Source: the human T2T-CHM13v2.0 reference genome, Homo sapiens. Taken from it: a stretch of DNA of 64,000 bases. Of the stretch, positions 44,553-61,058 are shown one piece after another (position 1 is the first letter of the stretch; each line of letters begins with the position of its first letter). The notes below the pieces were generated by a model that was given only the letters and a program-made list of their open reading frames with translations, was not told where the DNA came from and did not search any database. The stretch lies in assembly GCF_009914755.1 (NCBI RefSeq), contig NC_060947.1. One strand, given 5' to 3'. The position numbers and the translations under genes were made by a program.

Positions 44553-45008
44553 GCAATCCTAAACAAAAAGAACAAAGCTGGAGGCATCACATTACCTGAT
44601 TTCAAATTATACTACAAGGCTACAATAACCAAAACAGCATGGTACTGGTATAAAAGTAGACATGTATAATAATGAAACAGAATAGAGAATGCAGAAATAA
44701 AGCCACATACCTACAACCAACTGATCTTTGACAAAGTCAACAAAAACAAGCAATAGGGAACAGACTCCCTACTGAAAAAATGATGCTGGGAAAACTGGCT
44801 TAACCATATGCAGAAGAATGAAACTGGACCTCTACCTTTCACCATATACAAAAATTAAGTCAAGATGGACTAAAGACTTAAATGTAAGATCTCAGACTAT
44901 AAAAATCCCAGAAGAAAACCTAGGAAATACTCTTCTGGACATCACCTAGGCAAATAATTAATGACTAAAACCTCAAAAGCACAGGTAAGAAAATCAGAAA
45001 TAGACAAT
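44553..45008 (+). mobile_element. Internal L1 ORF2 fragment (L1PB/L1MA-like) lacking a 3' end
   Basis: gcaatcctaaacaaaaagaacaaagctggaggcatcacattacctgatttcaaattatactacaaggcta... It stops abruptly at aatagacaa, where an L2 3' remnant follows. Confidence 0.9.
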
Positions 45009-45199
45009 TGTCACTCTGTGCTGTTGATTATCTGCTTATAAGGGCCAGGGCAATATCTCAATCACTGCTATATCCCCAGCACCTAATAAAGAGTAGTTTC
45101 TTAATTAAGGCATGTTGAATGAGTGATTGAAGGAAGAGTCCTTGCAAGTAGCTCTGGTCTAACAATGGAACCTTCTTTCCCAAAAGACAATCTCCTTTA

Positions 45200-46837
<1,638 letters not shown>

Positions 46838-46887
<50 letters not shown>
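46838..46887. repeat. (TA)n followed by poly-T
   Basis: Seen directly; lies at a discontinuity in the L1 sequence. Confidence 0.95.
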
Positions 46888-47652
46888 CTGTGTAATTCTG
46901 TCTTCATTGAATGAATGTTCCCTTCTCTTCTATTTTTTGGAAGAGGTTGAGAAGTATTGATGCTAATTCTTCTTTAAAAGTTTGATAGAATTCACCAGTG
47001 ATGTCACCTTGTTGTGAAATTTTCTTTCATGGAATTTATTATTAACATTATTACTGGTTCAATCTCTTAAGTTGGTGTAGGCTTATTCAGAATTTCTATT
47101 TCTTTCTGAGTAATTTTTACTCTTTTATGTGTTTCTAGAAATTTGTCTATTTCATCTAGGTTATCTATTTTGTTGACATACTATTGTTTATAGTTTATGC
47201 CTAAAACCTCAAAAGCACAGATAACAGAAACAAAAAATAGACAATTGTTACTCTCTGTTGTTGATTATCTGCCTCTTATAACTCTTTGTAGTTTTGTAAG
47301 ATCTGTAGTAATACCCCCACGTTTCTTTCTAATTTTAGTAATTTGAGTCTTCTCTTTTTTTCTCGGTTAGTCTAGGTGTAGGTTTGTCAATCATGTCTTT
47401 GACAGAACACACTTTTGATATTCTTGATTCTCTCTACTGTTTCTCTTTTCACTATTTAATTTATCTCCACTCTAAGCTTCAATATTTTCTTCTTTCTATT
47501 TGCTTTTGGTTTAGTTTGCTCTTCTATCTCCACTTTCTTAAGGTGAAAGTTTAGGCTACTGATTGAGATATTTCTTCTTTTTTCAGTGTAGATGTTTATA
47601 GCTATAAATTTCCCTCTGAAAACTGCCTTTGCTTCATCCTGTAAGTTTGGGG

Positions 47653-47977
47653 TTTTTTTTTGGTGTTGTTGTTATTGTTGTTGTTGTTGTTTAGATAGGG
47701 AGGTTCTCACTCTGTTGCTCAGGCTGGAGTACATTGGTGCAATTATAGCTCACTGCAACCTCAAATTCCTGGGCTCAAGCAATCCTCCCCCTCAGCCTCC
47801 CAAGTAGCTTGGACTATAGGCGTAAGCCACCATGCTCAACTAATTTTTTAATTTTTTGTTAAAAATGAGGTCTTGCTATGTTGTCCAGGCTGGGTTTGAA
47901 CTCCTAGGCTCCAGTGATCCTCCTGCCTCAGCCTCCCGAAGTGCTGGGAGTATAGGCATGGCCTACCATGCCCAGCT
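47653..47977 (-). mobile_element. AluJ with (TTG)n tail
   Basis: J diagnostics tatagctcactgc and ctgggctcaagcaatcctcc. Confidence 0.9.
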
Positions 47978-48557
47978 GTATGTTGTGTTTTGTAGTCATT
48001 TATCTCAAAGTATTTTCTAATTTCTCTTTTAATCTCTTTGACTCATTAAAGTGCGTTGTTTAATTTCCACATATTTGTGAATTTTCTAAATTTTATTTGC
48101 TTTTTATTTTTAATATCATTCCATTGTGTTTGGAGAACATACTTTCTATCTCAATCCTAAAAATTTATTGATATTTATATTATGGCCAATCATATAGTGT
48201 AGCCTGGAGAATGTTCCATGTGCACTTGAAAATAATGTGTATTTTGCTGCTGCTAGGTAAAAAGTGTCCTATAGCCGTCTATTAGGTCTAGTCAGTTTAT
48301 ACAGTGTTAAGTCTTCTATTTCCTTCATGCTCATATGTCTAGTTGTTCTACCCATTATTGAAAATGGGACATTAAAGTCTCCAACTATTATTGTAAAACT
48401 GTCTATTTCTCTTCTCAATTCTGTCATTTTTGCTTCGTGTGTTTTAGGGCACTCTTATTAGTTGCATATATATTTATAAATTGCTATGTCTTCTATATAG
48501 ATTGACCCTTTTAGCATTATATACTGTCTTTCTTTGTTTCTAGTAACATTTTAAACA

Positions 48558-48875
<318 letters not shown>

Positions 48876-48994
48876 TCTTTGTTTTATAGAGATAGGGTCT
48901 CACTATGTTGTCTCAAACTCCTGGGCTCAAGCAATCCTCCCACCTCAGCCTCCCAAAGTACCAGGATTATAGGCATGAGCCACCATGCCTGGCC
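48876..48994 (-). mobile_element. FLAM / left-arm Alu monomer
   Basis: Single left arm. The 18-bp TSD TGTTTCTAGTAACATTTT (48535-48552, 48997-49014) brackets the monomer plus the AluS. Confidence 0.85.
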
Positions 48995-50134
48995 TATGTT
49001 TCTAGTAACATTTTTTGTCTTAAAGTTTGTCTGATATTATTGTAGCCACTTAAGCTCTTTCTTGGTTATTGTTGTATGGGGTATCTTTTTTCATCATTTT
49101 GCTTTCAACCTATTTGTATCTTTGTATCTGAACTGTCTCTTGTAGACAGAGACATATAGTTATATTATGTTCTTTTAAAATCTGCCAAATTCTGCTTTTT
49201 AATTGGATACTTTAATCCATCTACTTTTAAAGTAATTACTGATAATGAAGATTTACTTCTATAATTTTGTCATTTGTTTTCTATGTCGTATTTTTTCTGC
49301 CTTAATTTCTTCATTACTGCCTTCTTTTATGTTGAGTCGATATTTTAGTGTACCCACTTTAATTCCCTTGTCATTTTTTTTCACTGTATGGTTTGAGTTG
49401 TTTTCTTAGTGGTTTTCCTGGGAATTACAATTAGTATCTTAACTATAAAAATCTAGTTTCAATTTTTGTCAACAATTTCAATAATATACAAAAACTTTGC
49501 TCCTATATAGTTTTATCTTCCTCTTTATGTTGTTATTGTCACAAATTACATCTTTATACATTGAGTCCATCAATATAGATTTATAATTATCATTTTACAC
49601 AACTGTCTTTTAAATTAGACAGGAAAAATACCATTAACACTGACTTTTATATTAATCTGTGTAGTTACCTTTACCAGTGTTCTTTATTTCTTTGTGTGGA
49701 TTCAAGTTACTCTCTAGTGTCCTTTTATTTCACACTGAAGGACTCCCTTTGGTATTTCTTCTAGGGCACATCTACTAGTGACAAATTTTGTCATTTTTTT
49801 TTGGTTTTATCTGGGAATGTGTTAATTTCTCCTTCAATTTTCAAAAGTAGTTTTGCTGGATGAGCATAGTTGGTTGACAATTGTTATTTCTTTCAGCACT
49901 TCAAAATAGCATCCCACTGTTTCTGGCCTCCATAGTTTCAGATGAGAATTTAACTATTAAGCATATTCAGGATCCCCTGTACATGATCAGTTGCTTTACT
50001 CTTGCTGCTTTCAAGATTTTTCTCTTAGTCTTTGGCTTTTGACAATTTCATAATGTGTCTTGGTGTGGATCTCTTTGAGTTTATTGTACTTGGACTCCAT
50101 TTAGGTTTTTGGCTCAGTAGATTAAACTTTTTAA

Positions 50135-51350
<1,216 letters not shown>

Positions 51351-52629
51351 AAAAATCAAATTTGGGAAGTTTATGGCCATTATTTCTTCAAATATTCTTT
51401 CTGTTCCTTTCTTTCTCTCTTTCTGGGACTCTCATTATGCATATTTGGTATCATGGGCAGTGTCCCACAAATCTCTTAGGCTCTTTCCATTTGATTTTTC
51501 CTCATTTTTTTTTTCTTTTGGTTCCTCAGACTGGAAAATCTCAATTGATCTATCTTCAAGTTTACTATATGGTTTTGAGTTGTTTTCTTAGTAGATCTTA
51601 GAATTCTTAGTAGATTTCTTAGAATCTTCAAGTAGATTCTTTCATGTGCCAGGTTAAATCTGCTAGTGAGTGCCTCTACTTGAATTTTTCATTTTATTTA
51701 TTATACTTTTTAACTCCAGAATCTCTGTTTTTTCTTTGTAATCTATGTCTCTTGACTGATAGTCTTTATACAGTTCTCATGGTTTTCTTAAGATTTCTGG
51801 ACAAAGTTTCTTTTAGCTCTATTAGCATATTTAAAATAGCTGACTTAAAGTTTTTGTCTAGTAAGAACAATGTTTCACCTTCCTCAGGGACAGTTTCCAT
51901 TAATTGCCTTCCCCCTCCCCCATGTATTGGCCATATTTTCTTGTTTCTTTGTATGCTTCATAATATTTTTGTTGAAAACTGGACATTTTGAAAATTATGT
52001 GGCAACTATGGAAATTAGATTCTGCTCCTTCCCAGGAAATGTTGTTACTGCTTATTGTGATAGTTGTTTGTTAGGGACTTTCCTGGATCAATTTTGTAAA
52101 GTCTGTATTTTTTGTTGTGTATGGCCAGTGAAGTCTGTGTAGTGATATCCCCTCTTGTATCCTTGATATTGGTAATTTGTGTTTTATTTTCTGTTGATCA
52201 ATATTGCTAGGGCTTTATTAATTGTGTTAATCTTTACAGAGAACCAAATTTTGTAGTATTGTTTCTGTTGTAGCCCACTGATTTCCCTTCTTAGCTTTAT
52301 TGGTTTTTTCCTTCTACTTATTTTGAATTTATTTGGCCCCTCTTTTTCTAGTTTTTTTAAAGTGGAAGTTTAGATTATGGATTTTAAACTTCTCTTTCTA
52401 ATATAAGTCTTTGAAGCCTTAAAGTTCCCTTTAAGTATTTTCTTAGCTTCATCCTGCAAAGGTTTACATGATGGTATATTCATTATAACACAGTTTGAAG
52501 TATTTTCTAACTTCCTTTTTTTGATATATCACCTAAATGCCCTAGACTTGAGTATGTTTTTAAACTTCCAAATATTTGAGCATTTTTTTCTATTTTTTAG
52601 AATTATATTTTATGCAACCTATTACATAT

Positions 52630-53071
52630 TCTTTTTTTTACAGCTGTATTGAAGTACAATTGACAATTAAAAATTGAATATATTTACTATATACAATGTG
52701 ATGTTTTGGGATATGTGCACACTGTGAAATGATGACTACAAGCCATGGAATTAACCTATTCATCACCTTGCATAATTTCTTTCATTTATTTGTGGTGAAA
52801 ACATTTAAGATACACTTTCTTAACAAATGTCAAGTATACAACACAGTATTGTTAACTATAGTCACCATGCTGTATTCATCTCAATAACTTATTGATCTTA
52901 TAACTGAAAGTTTGTACCCTTTGACCAAGATCTACCCATTTTCCCCTCCTATAGCCCCTGGTAACCATCATTCTGATTCTACTTTTTTTTTTCTCATGAG
53001 TTCAACCTTTTTCGATTTTGCATACAAATGAGATCATGCAATATTTGTCTTCGTCTTATTTCATTTAGCAT
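52630..53071 (-). mobile_element. L1MA-type 3' end
   Basis: cagctgtattgaagtacaattgacaa...gtattgttaactatagtcaccatgctgta...aactgaaagtttgtaccctttgacca. Confidence 0.85.
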
Positions 53072-53083
53072 AATGACCTCAAC

Positions 53084-53584
53084 TTTTTTTTTTCTGGTTG
53101 GTCATTTTATTTTACTTATTTTTTATTATACTTTAAGTTCTAGGGTACATGTGCACAATGTGCAGGTTTGTTGCATATGTATACACATGCCATGTTGGTG
53201 TGCTGCACCCATTAACTTGTCATTTACATTAGGTATATCTCCTAATGCTATCCCTCCCCTCTGCCCCCACCCCATGACAGGCCCTGGTGTGTGATGTTCC
53301 CCACTCTGTGTCCAAGTGTTCTCATTATTCAATTCCCACCTATGAGTGAGAACATGCAGTGTTTCGTTTTCTGTCCTTGTGATAGTTTGCTCAGGATGAT
53401 GGTTTCCAGCCTCATCCATGTCCCTACAACGGACAAGAACTCATCCTTTTTTATGGCTGCATAGTATTCCATGGTGTATATGTGCCACATTTTCTTAATC
53501 CAGGCTATCATTGATGGACATTTGGGTTGGTTCCAAGTCTTTGCTATTGTGAATAGTGCCACAGTAAACATACGTGTGCATGTG
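53084..53584 (-). mobile_element. 5'-truncated L1PA (PA4-6-like) 3' end
   Basis: tattatactttaagttctagggtacatgtgcacaatgtgcagg...; ORF 53329-53595(-) is the ORF2p C-terminus. TSD AATGACCTCAA at 53072-53082 and 53585-53595. Confidence 0.95.
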
Positions 53585-54351
53585 AATGACCTCAAGTTTT
53601 TAAATTTGATTCCATTGTGGTTAAATAATACAGTTAAAATTTTTGAAATTTATTGACATTCTATGGTCCAGTACACAGCCTATCTTGATGAACATATTAT
53701 ACATGCATTTGAGAATGATACGTATTCCTTATGTATTGTTCTAAAATTATCAATTAAGTCAACTTGGTTGATAATATTTTTAAAATATTCTATGCCCTTA
53801 CAAATTTTTTCTCTAGTGTTTTTATCAGTTATGCCGTAGCAATATTAAAATATCCAACTATAACTGTGCATTTGTCTATTTCTTCTATTAATTTCATCAG
53901 TTTTTGCTGAAATAGTCTTATTAGCTAAACAAACAGATATGATTGTTATAGCTTCCTGATATATTAATCATTTAATAATATGAAGTGTTCCTCTTAATTT
54001 CAGGCAATACTCCCTGTCTTGAAGTTTATTTTGTCTAATAATGAAATAGACACACAAGCTTGCTTATGCTTATTGTTTGCAGCATATAACTTTTTCTATA
54101 CTTTTATTTTCAACCTGTTTGTTGTTGTATCAAAACACATTGCTTGTTGTAGCATAGAGTAAGATCATTTTTAAAGCCTGTCTATAAATCCCTGTCTTTT
54201 AATTAGAGAGATTAGTCTAACTCCATGTAAAATAATTATTGACATGTTTGGATTTAAGTCTGCCACTTTGCTTTTCAATTTATATTCTATTGGTTCCATT
54301 TGATATTTTGTTCTTCTGCTCCTCTTTTCTTGTCTTCTTTTGGTTTAGTTA

Positions 54352-54659
54352 ATTATTGTTATTATTATGTTTTAGAGACATAGAATACATTCACTCTGTT
54401 GCCCAGGCTGGAATGCAGTGGTGCAATTATAGCTCACTGCAGCCTTGGACTCCTGGGTTCAAGTGATCCTCCTGACTCAACCTCCTGAATAGCTGGGAGT
54501 AGTTGTGCACCACCATGCCTGGATAATTTTTCTCTTTTTTTTGTAAAGACTGGGTCTTGCTATGTTGCCCAGGCTGGTCTTGAACTCCAGGCTTCATGTG
54601 ATCCTCCTGCCTCGGCTTCCCAAAGTGTTGGGATTATGAGTGGGGCACCATACCCAGCC
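54352..54659 (-). mobile_element. AluJ
   Basis: tatagctcactgcagccttggactcctggg; tatgttgcccaggctgg. Confidence 0.9.
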
Positions 54660-54672
54660 TAATTAATTTTTT

Positions 54673-54965
<293 letters not shown>

Positions 54966-55374
54966 CAGCCTAATTAATTTTTTAAAGTATTTCATTTAAA
55001 TTTCTCTAATGACTTTTAAATTTGTCTTCTTTGTATTATTTGCTAGTGTTTGCTCTAGGGATTTTGATATGCATTCTTAAGATTTTACAGTTTACTTAGA
55101 GAGTTAATATTGTAAAACAAGGATATCTACCTTTATTTTTTAAAAATTTGATTATGAGGTGCCTGTTTTTGTCATTGCTGTTGTTTGTTTTATGTATTTA
55201 CAGTGGAGTTTGTGTAATTCTTAGAACTGTACATTGATGCATTTCACCAAATTTGAGAATTTTTCTGCCATTATATCTTCAAATGCTTTTGTGCTTCATT
55301 GTCTCTCGCCTCTCCTTCTAGGAATCCAAATGCATGTATGTCAGATGCGCAGTCTTATTTGCATGAGGTATAGA

Positions 55375-55582
55375 TTGGGGTAGGCAAATTATTGCCTGCA
55401 GGCCAAATCTGGCTTGTTTTTGTAGGGCCCTCAAGCTAAGAATGGTTTTTACATTTTTAAAAGATCATAAAACACAACAAAAAGGAAAACAAAAAAGAAT
55501 GTACAGTAGAGAATTTATGTGGCCTCCAAAACGTAAAATATTTATTATCTGACCCTTTACACAAAAACTTTGCTGTCTCCTC
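55375..55582. mobile_element. MER58-type hAT-Charlie element
   Basis: ggggtaggcaaattattgcctgcaggccaaatctggc...aagctaagaatggtttttacattttt...aatatttattatctgaccctttacacaaaaactttgctg. Confidence 0.85.
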
Positions 55583-57534
55583 TGTTAGAGAATGGTGTTT
55601 GGGGCTGCTATAGTGACTGCAATTTGGAGGGGGAAATCCTAGAAAAGAGGGAGCCATAGATGGAGGGAGCTTGCAAATCTGCTTGCAAACTCCCCTCTAC
55701 CCCCGTGATGCTCAGACTAGGTATTGGTGTCAGGGAAAAAGGTGTATAAATGTGATCCTCAACCAGCATGATTTCCTTCTTTCAAGGATCAAGGCACTTT
55801 CTATTTTCTGATAGTATTTGTTATCTCTCCAGTTCTTTCAAGTAGCAGTTATGTTTATATTTTTCCCAGAGTTTATAATTGTTATCTGTGGGAGTTTTGA
55901 GATACAAGCCACTGTTCTATTCCAGAACTTGCCAGACTCATTTTTAATTAAATAGACTATAAATTAGTTTAAAGGGAGTGATAAAATGGGGAAATCAATT
56001 AATGCTTTATACTCAGTTTATTCACCCAGGTGTTTTAGTATAGAGTTTGGGGCTACATTTTGTCACCTCATGCAAGGAAACATCTTTTAATTTGCACCTG
56101 TATCTATGGAAGAAAACTGCCAAAATCATTAGGATAAGGCTATGCCCCAAATATTCATATTTTAAAACTCTGCCTCAAAATTACAGAATCAGAAAGCTGG
56201 TATAGACCTCGGAGGATACACTCAATATAGAAATCCTCTTTACAGCATCTCTGATGGGTGGGCTTTCAGACTCTGATTAAATTCTAGGAATTAAAAGCGT
56301 CACAGTTTTTATATTTTCTATAATATATCAATGCCTTTTGATTCAAAATGTTTCTTCCACATCATAAGGTGGCTGATGTAATTAGACTCAAGATTTAGGA
56401 ACTGCTGAGCTATGGATCAAAGCCAGTTTTCTTCCATCTCTACTGAAATGGGTTTAGTTTTTGCCCTTGGACTATGGAGGCAGCTCTGGCTCAGAAGTGA
56501 ACATCCCCTTTTTAAAAGAAATGTGAATGGTACCCAGGAATTCATGGCCATGTTTGAGGGCTGTTCTAAGTTCTGAGCTAAATCCCTCCAGGCAATCACT
56601 GCACTGAGGAAGCAGCTCACACTGGATGCCCAGAGAAGGCAACAGATGCACTATTTTTCTGACGTACTGTTCTCCAGTTTAATATTGGGCTGGAGTACCT
56701 GTGACATGTGGGAAACCATAGATATCCACTTACAAAAACATTCTCCAGTAAACATATTCATTTATGTGTGGCAAATGCAGTTTTCAAAGATATTTGCAAG
56801 ATGGCTGTGATCTTCCTTTTCAGTCAACTGAATTTTAAGATTCAAATTAAAATAAATATTTTCAGCATGAATTAGCCCCTTCAATGGAAATCTTTTAACC
56901 ACTTGACAAGATGCGGAGCTATGTACTTTAGTTATCCTGTATTTCTGTCTACCTACTGGTATCCATGTACTTTAATGGGTAAACTGGCCATCAAGTAATA
57001 ATTTGTGGCCCTCATTTCATGTGCAGGCTCATGCTGTTGCTCTAGTATTATAATTTTACAGATAAATAAAGACCATATCTTAATATTTGTTCTCTAATTT
57101 CATTGCAAGTTACAGGGAAGTCGTTAGTCATATGAAGATTTACAACTTGAAAATATAGTTTCCAGCTAAGGCAATTTATCACCCACAAGAATTCTGGGGA
57201 AGAATACTATTTTCATCTGTGTTAATTACTGTGCTATCTTACTTTCATTTCCATTTATGTGCTTAAAAGATTTGCTTGCCCACAATCTCATTCTATTTTC
57301 TGTATCTACAAATAAGATATCTCAGGGATGTTCAGGCCCTATATTCCTCAAGTGAGAAATTCAAAGATAAAAGAGAGTTTTTGGTTAAAAATAAAATACT
57401 TAATCCACATTTTGGGGCTGAGAGAGACAGAAATCAATCATAGATCTTAGATTTAGAATACCCTAAATCTACCACATCTAGGTTATAAGCCAGAGAAACT
57501 TAAACTTCATAAGATTCTCTTCTTTCCAAAAAGT

Positions 57535-57800
57535 GAGAGGGAGAGATGGGGGAGGGGAGTGTGGAGAAGAGCGAGAGAGGGAGAGACAGACAGAGAGAGA
57601 GAGAGGTTTTTGTGTCTTGCTAAATAGCATATTTAAGACATAAATGCTAAAACCATAGAAGTCTCTTGAAAATTCTTTTTCTAAAATAGAATGTGGGAAG
57701 AAATCATGTTTCTTTGAACCTTTGCCAATAAAAGGGTGTGTGTGTGTTTGTGTGTGTGTGTATGTGTTTCTGTGTGTCTGTGTGTGTTGTGTGTGTGCAC
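57535..57800. repeat. GA-rich tract (~57535-57605) and (TG)n tract (~57736-57800)
   Basis: Seen directly. Confidence 0.85.
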
Positions 57801-59339
57801 ACAAGCATAGGTCAGGGCCAGACCAACTGGACATTTGTCCCATTTCTCTCATCAGTGTTGTCTGTAAAACTCATACAGTGTTCTACAAATGAAAGAAAAA
57901 AAATTAATGCTCCTATTATTACGACATTCAAACCACTCCTCCTAGTGCTACATTAACAAGTCTTTGCACGTCAAGGAGTAGGGCCGGTGGTGGTGGTGGT
58001 GGGGAAAAATCAGGTTCCTGATCCCTATGGCCACTACCAATAGAAATAAGATTATTTTTAGCAATTATCAAAATACAGTAACAGCATCTTTTAAAATTTG
58101 TTCTCAATGCTCAATTTCACAGTGACTTGGCTTCACTGTTCGAACTTTATAAGATTTATTCCCACCATTTGCTTTGTATATGAAGTTCAGGAAGCAGCAG
58201 TAGAGACAGTTTTTTTTGAGGTTCAGTGGGACTGGTTCCCCCGGCTGTGATATTATTGCAGATGCTCTGCTAGTCACACACACTGACATCTCCTCCAGCA
58301 CACGTCCACACTCCAGGAAGCGAAAAGGGAAGCTTTGTGTCTTAAGGATGGTGTAGTTTTCTGTCAAGCTTCTCTAACTTTATAGAAATAGCTGCTTCTT
58401 AAGCAGCCCCTGTAAGATCTGAGGCCTAGAGATCAACCTAGGGGCTAGTTATTGGTTGCATACATACTGATTCAAAGTTGTGCTAATTCTCAAAGGAATC
58501 TTTATAGAGAATTGCCAAGAACTGTCAAAACTCCATTAAATATGTTATTAATGCTAACTAAACTCTCTATGCTTACAGGAGATGCCCCAAAGACATTAGT
58601 CACCCAGTAAGTCACTGGTTATTGAACATTAGCCAAATGGCCTAGTCTATAATCATTATGTTGGGCATAAGCTGAGTGCTTTAGTCTCCTTAAGGAAATA
58701 TTTCTCTTCTTCCCCAACCACGGGCAGACCCAGATCATACTTGCATTGCAAGGAGTAAGAGGGACTAGACATCTATTTACTCCTTAGTTGAAAAGACCAA
58801 GGGGCTTCTTTGCTTGAAGTCCAAAATATTTAGCTGTGATGAAACCTTACTTAATAAAATGAATGTTGATTTATGCCATTTTCATGATAGCCTCCAGCTG
58901 ACATGTACCATTCATAGATTGGCATTTAAAATAGATGAAGATGGACAATAAGTAGACTTTAATATTATTTCTTCAAGGGCGTGGATAAAACTAAATATTT
59001 TGGAGGCCTTTATGCACACACAATTGAGTGGTTCTTACAGCATTATTAACATATGAAGCTCTTAGTGCCGGTTTTCTCTCCCAAATGTGTGCTGCATTTC
59101 ACCACAGGCACTGAAAAATCTGTTACGTTTTATAGGCCGGGCAGACATTGGAACTGCAGTAATACATTTTTTTCTATTTAGGTTGCATTTGTGTGTCACT
59201 CATCTATAATAAGAATCTACCCATTAGTATCTGTTTTCATTGCCAGTAGATTTCTTTCTTTGTCTGCTCCCCAAGGTGGTTAATAAAATGATTTTTACAG
59301 TGAAACAATGCTAGATTTAAAAAAGTGTAACTTAGTGAT

Positions 59340-59830
59340 CGGATATGAAAAGAAAATTCACTCTCTACCCCCATTTTAAAGAGGATTTAGTTAATACTTT
59401 TAAGACATCTGAGTAATTTAATTTATATAACGTTCACTCAGATAGCCCATGTCTCAGAAATCATCCCAAGAAAATAATAATGGTTGTGCACAGTATGCAT
59501 CCACAAAGTGCTCATCTCACTGCTGTTTTCAATATCACAGTACTGAAAACAACCTAAATGCCTCACAATAAGACATTGTGTCAAAAAAAATAAGGGTGCA
59601 AACGTACCACAGAATACTATTATGAAAACAGTACAAAAGAAACCAGAGAAATACATTTTCTGACCAGGAAAGAAGCTTAAAATTGGTACACTCATATGTT
59701 TTCAACATGAGTGTGTATGTGTGTTTGTGTGTGTGTGCGCACACACACACATTTACCCGTGTAACACACAACTTATATAAATTCACTATTGGCTTCCTCT
59801 GAGTGGAAGGATTTTGAGTGATGAGTGATT
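59340..59830 (+). mobile_element. Very old L1ME-like 3' fragment
   Basis: tgaaaacaacctaaatgcctcacaataaga and acagaatactat motifs. Confidence 0.55.
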
Positions 59831-59859
59831 TCTGTTTTCCTTCTCCCACCCACCTCCTC

Positions 59860-60140
59860 AAACAACAACTATTTACTTAGCTAAAAAATATGTAGGTCAA
59901 CAATTTCGGCTGTGTTCAGCTGGGTGTTGCTGCAGATCTGTGTCAGGCTTGGGATTTTTGCTATGACTCTTGCCTGTATCTATGATTAGCTGCTGGTTGA
60001 CTGGTGGCTGGTTAGCTGTTTGCAGAGATGTGGTCTTGCATCTTCCAGTAGACTGCCTTGGGCTCATTCACACCATGGTGATGTTCCAGGCCCAGCACGC
60101 CAGTAAGCCTCAACGCACAAATGCTTTCCAATCTGCCTTT
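59860..60140 (-). mobile_element. Old MLT1-family LTR fragment
   Basis: aaacaacaactatttacttagct...tgtaggtcaacaatttcggctgtgttcagctggg...tgggctcattcacaccatggtg. Confidence 0.5.
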
Positions 60141-60159
60141 TCTTCTATTAAAAAAAAAT

Positions 60160-61014
60160 TTTAATTTTGGTTTAAAAAATAAAACGTAAAATAAATTTTA
60201 CCACCCTATTCATTTTAAGTGTCCAGTTCAGTAGTATCAACTGTATTGACATTGCTGTGTAACAAATCTCTAGAACTATGTCATCTTGCAGAACTGAAAC
60301 TCTATACCCATTGAACAACATCTCCCTTTTTCCCTCCCCCAAATCCCTGACAACCATCACTCTACTATCTGTTTCTATGAATTCAACTAATCTAGATACC
60401 TCATATAAGTGGAATCATAAAGTAATTGTCTTTTTGTTATTGGCTTGTTTCACTTAGTGTAATGTCTTCAAAGTTATTCCATGTGGCATATGATAGAATT
60501 TCCTTCATTTTAAAGGCTGAATAATATTCCATTGCATGTATATATCACATTTTTTTAATCTATTCATCCATTTATGGACATTTGGGTTGCTTTCATCTCT
60601 TGACTATTGTGAATAAAGATGTAATGAACATGGGTGTGCAAATATCTTTGAGATCCTGCTTTCAATGCTTTTGGATATATACCCAGAGGTAGGATTGCTT
60701 TATTACATGGTATTTTTATTATTAAATTTTTGAGGAACCTCTATACTGTTTTCTATAGTGGCTGCACCATTTTACACTCCCACCAACAATGCACAAGGGT
60801 TCCAATTTATCCATATTCTTGTCAACACTTGTTATTTTCTGTTTTTTGGATGAGAAATTAGTGGCCCATTAGTGGCTATCCTACTGGGTGTGAGGTGATA
60901 TCTCATTGCAGTTTTGATTTTCATTTCTAAGTATTAGTGATGCTGAGCATCTTTTCATATGCTTTTGGCCATTTGTATATCTTCTGTGGAGAAGTGTCTA
61001 TTCAAGTTATTTGG

Positions 61015-61015
<1 letters not shown>
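60160..61015 (-). mobile_element. L1MB-type 3' end, followed by (TG)n at 61018-61054
   Basis: ttttaagtgtccagttcagtagtatcaa...ctagatacctcatataagtggaatcata...tggagaagtgtctattcaag. Confidence 0.9.
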
Positions 61016-61058
<43 letters not shown>

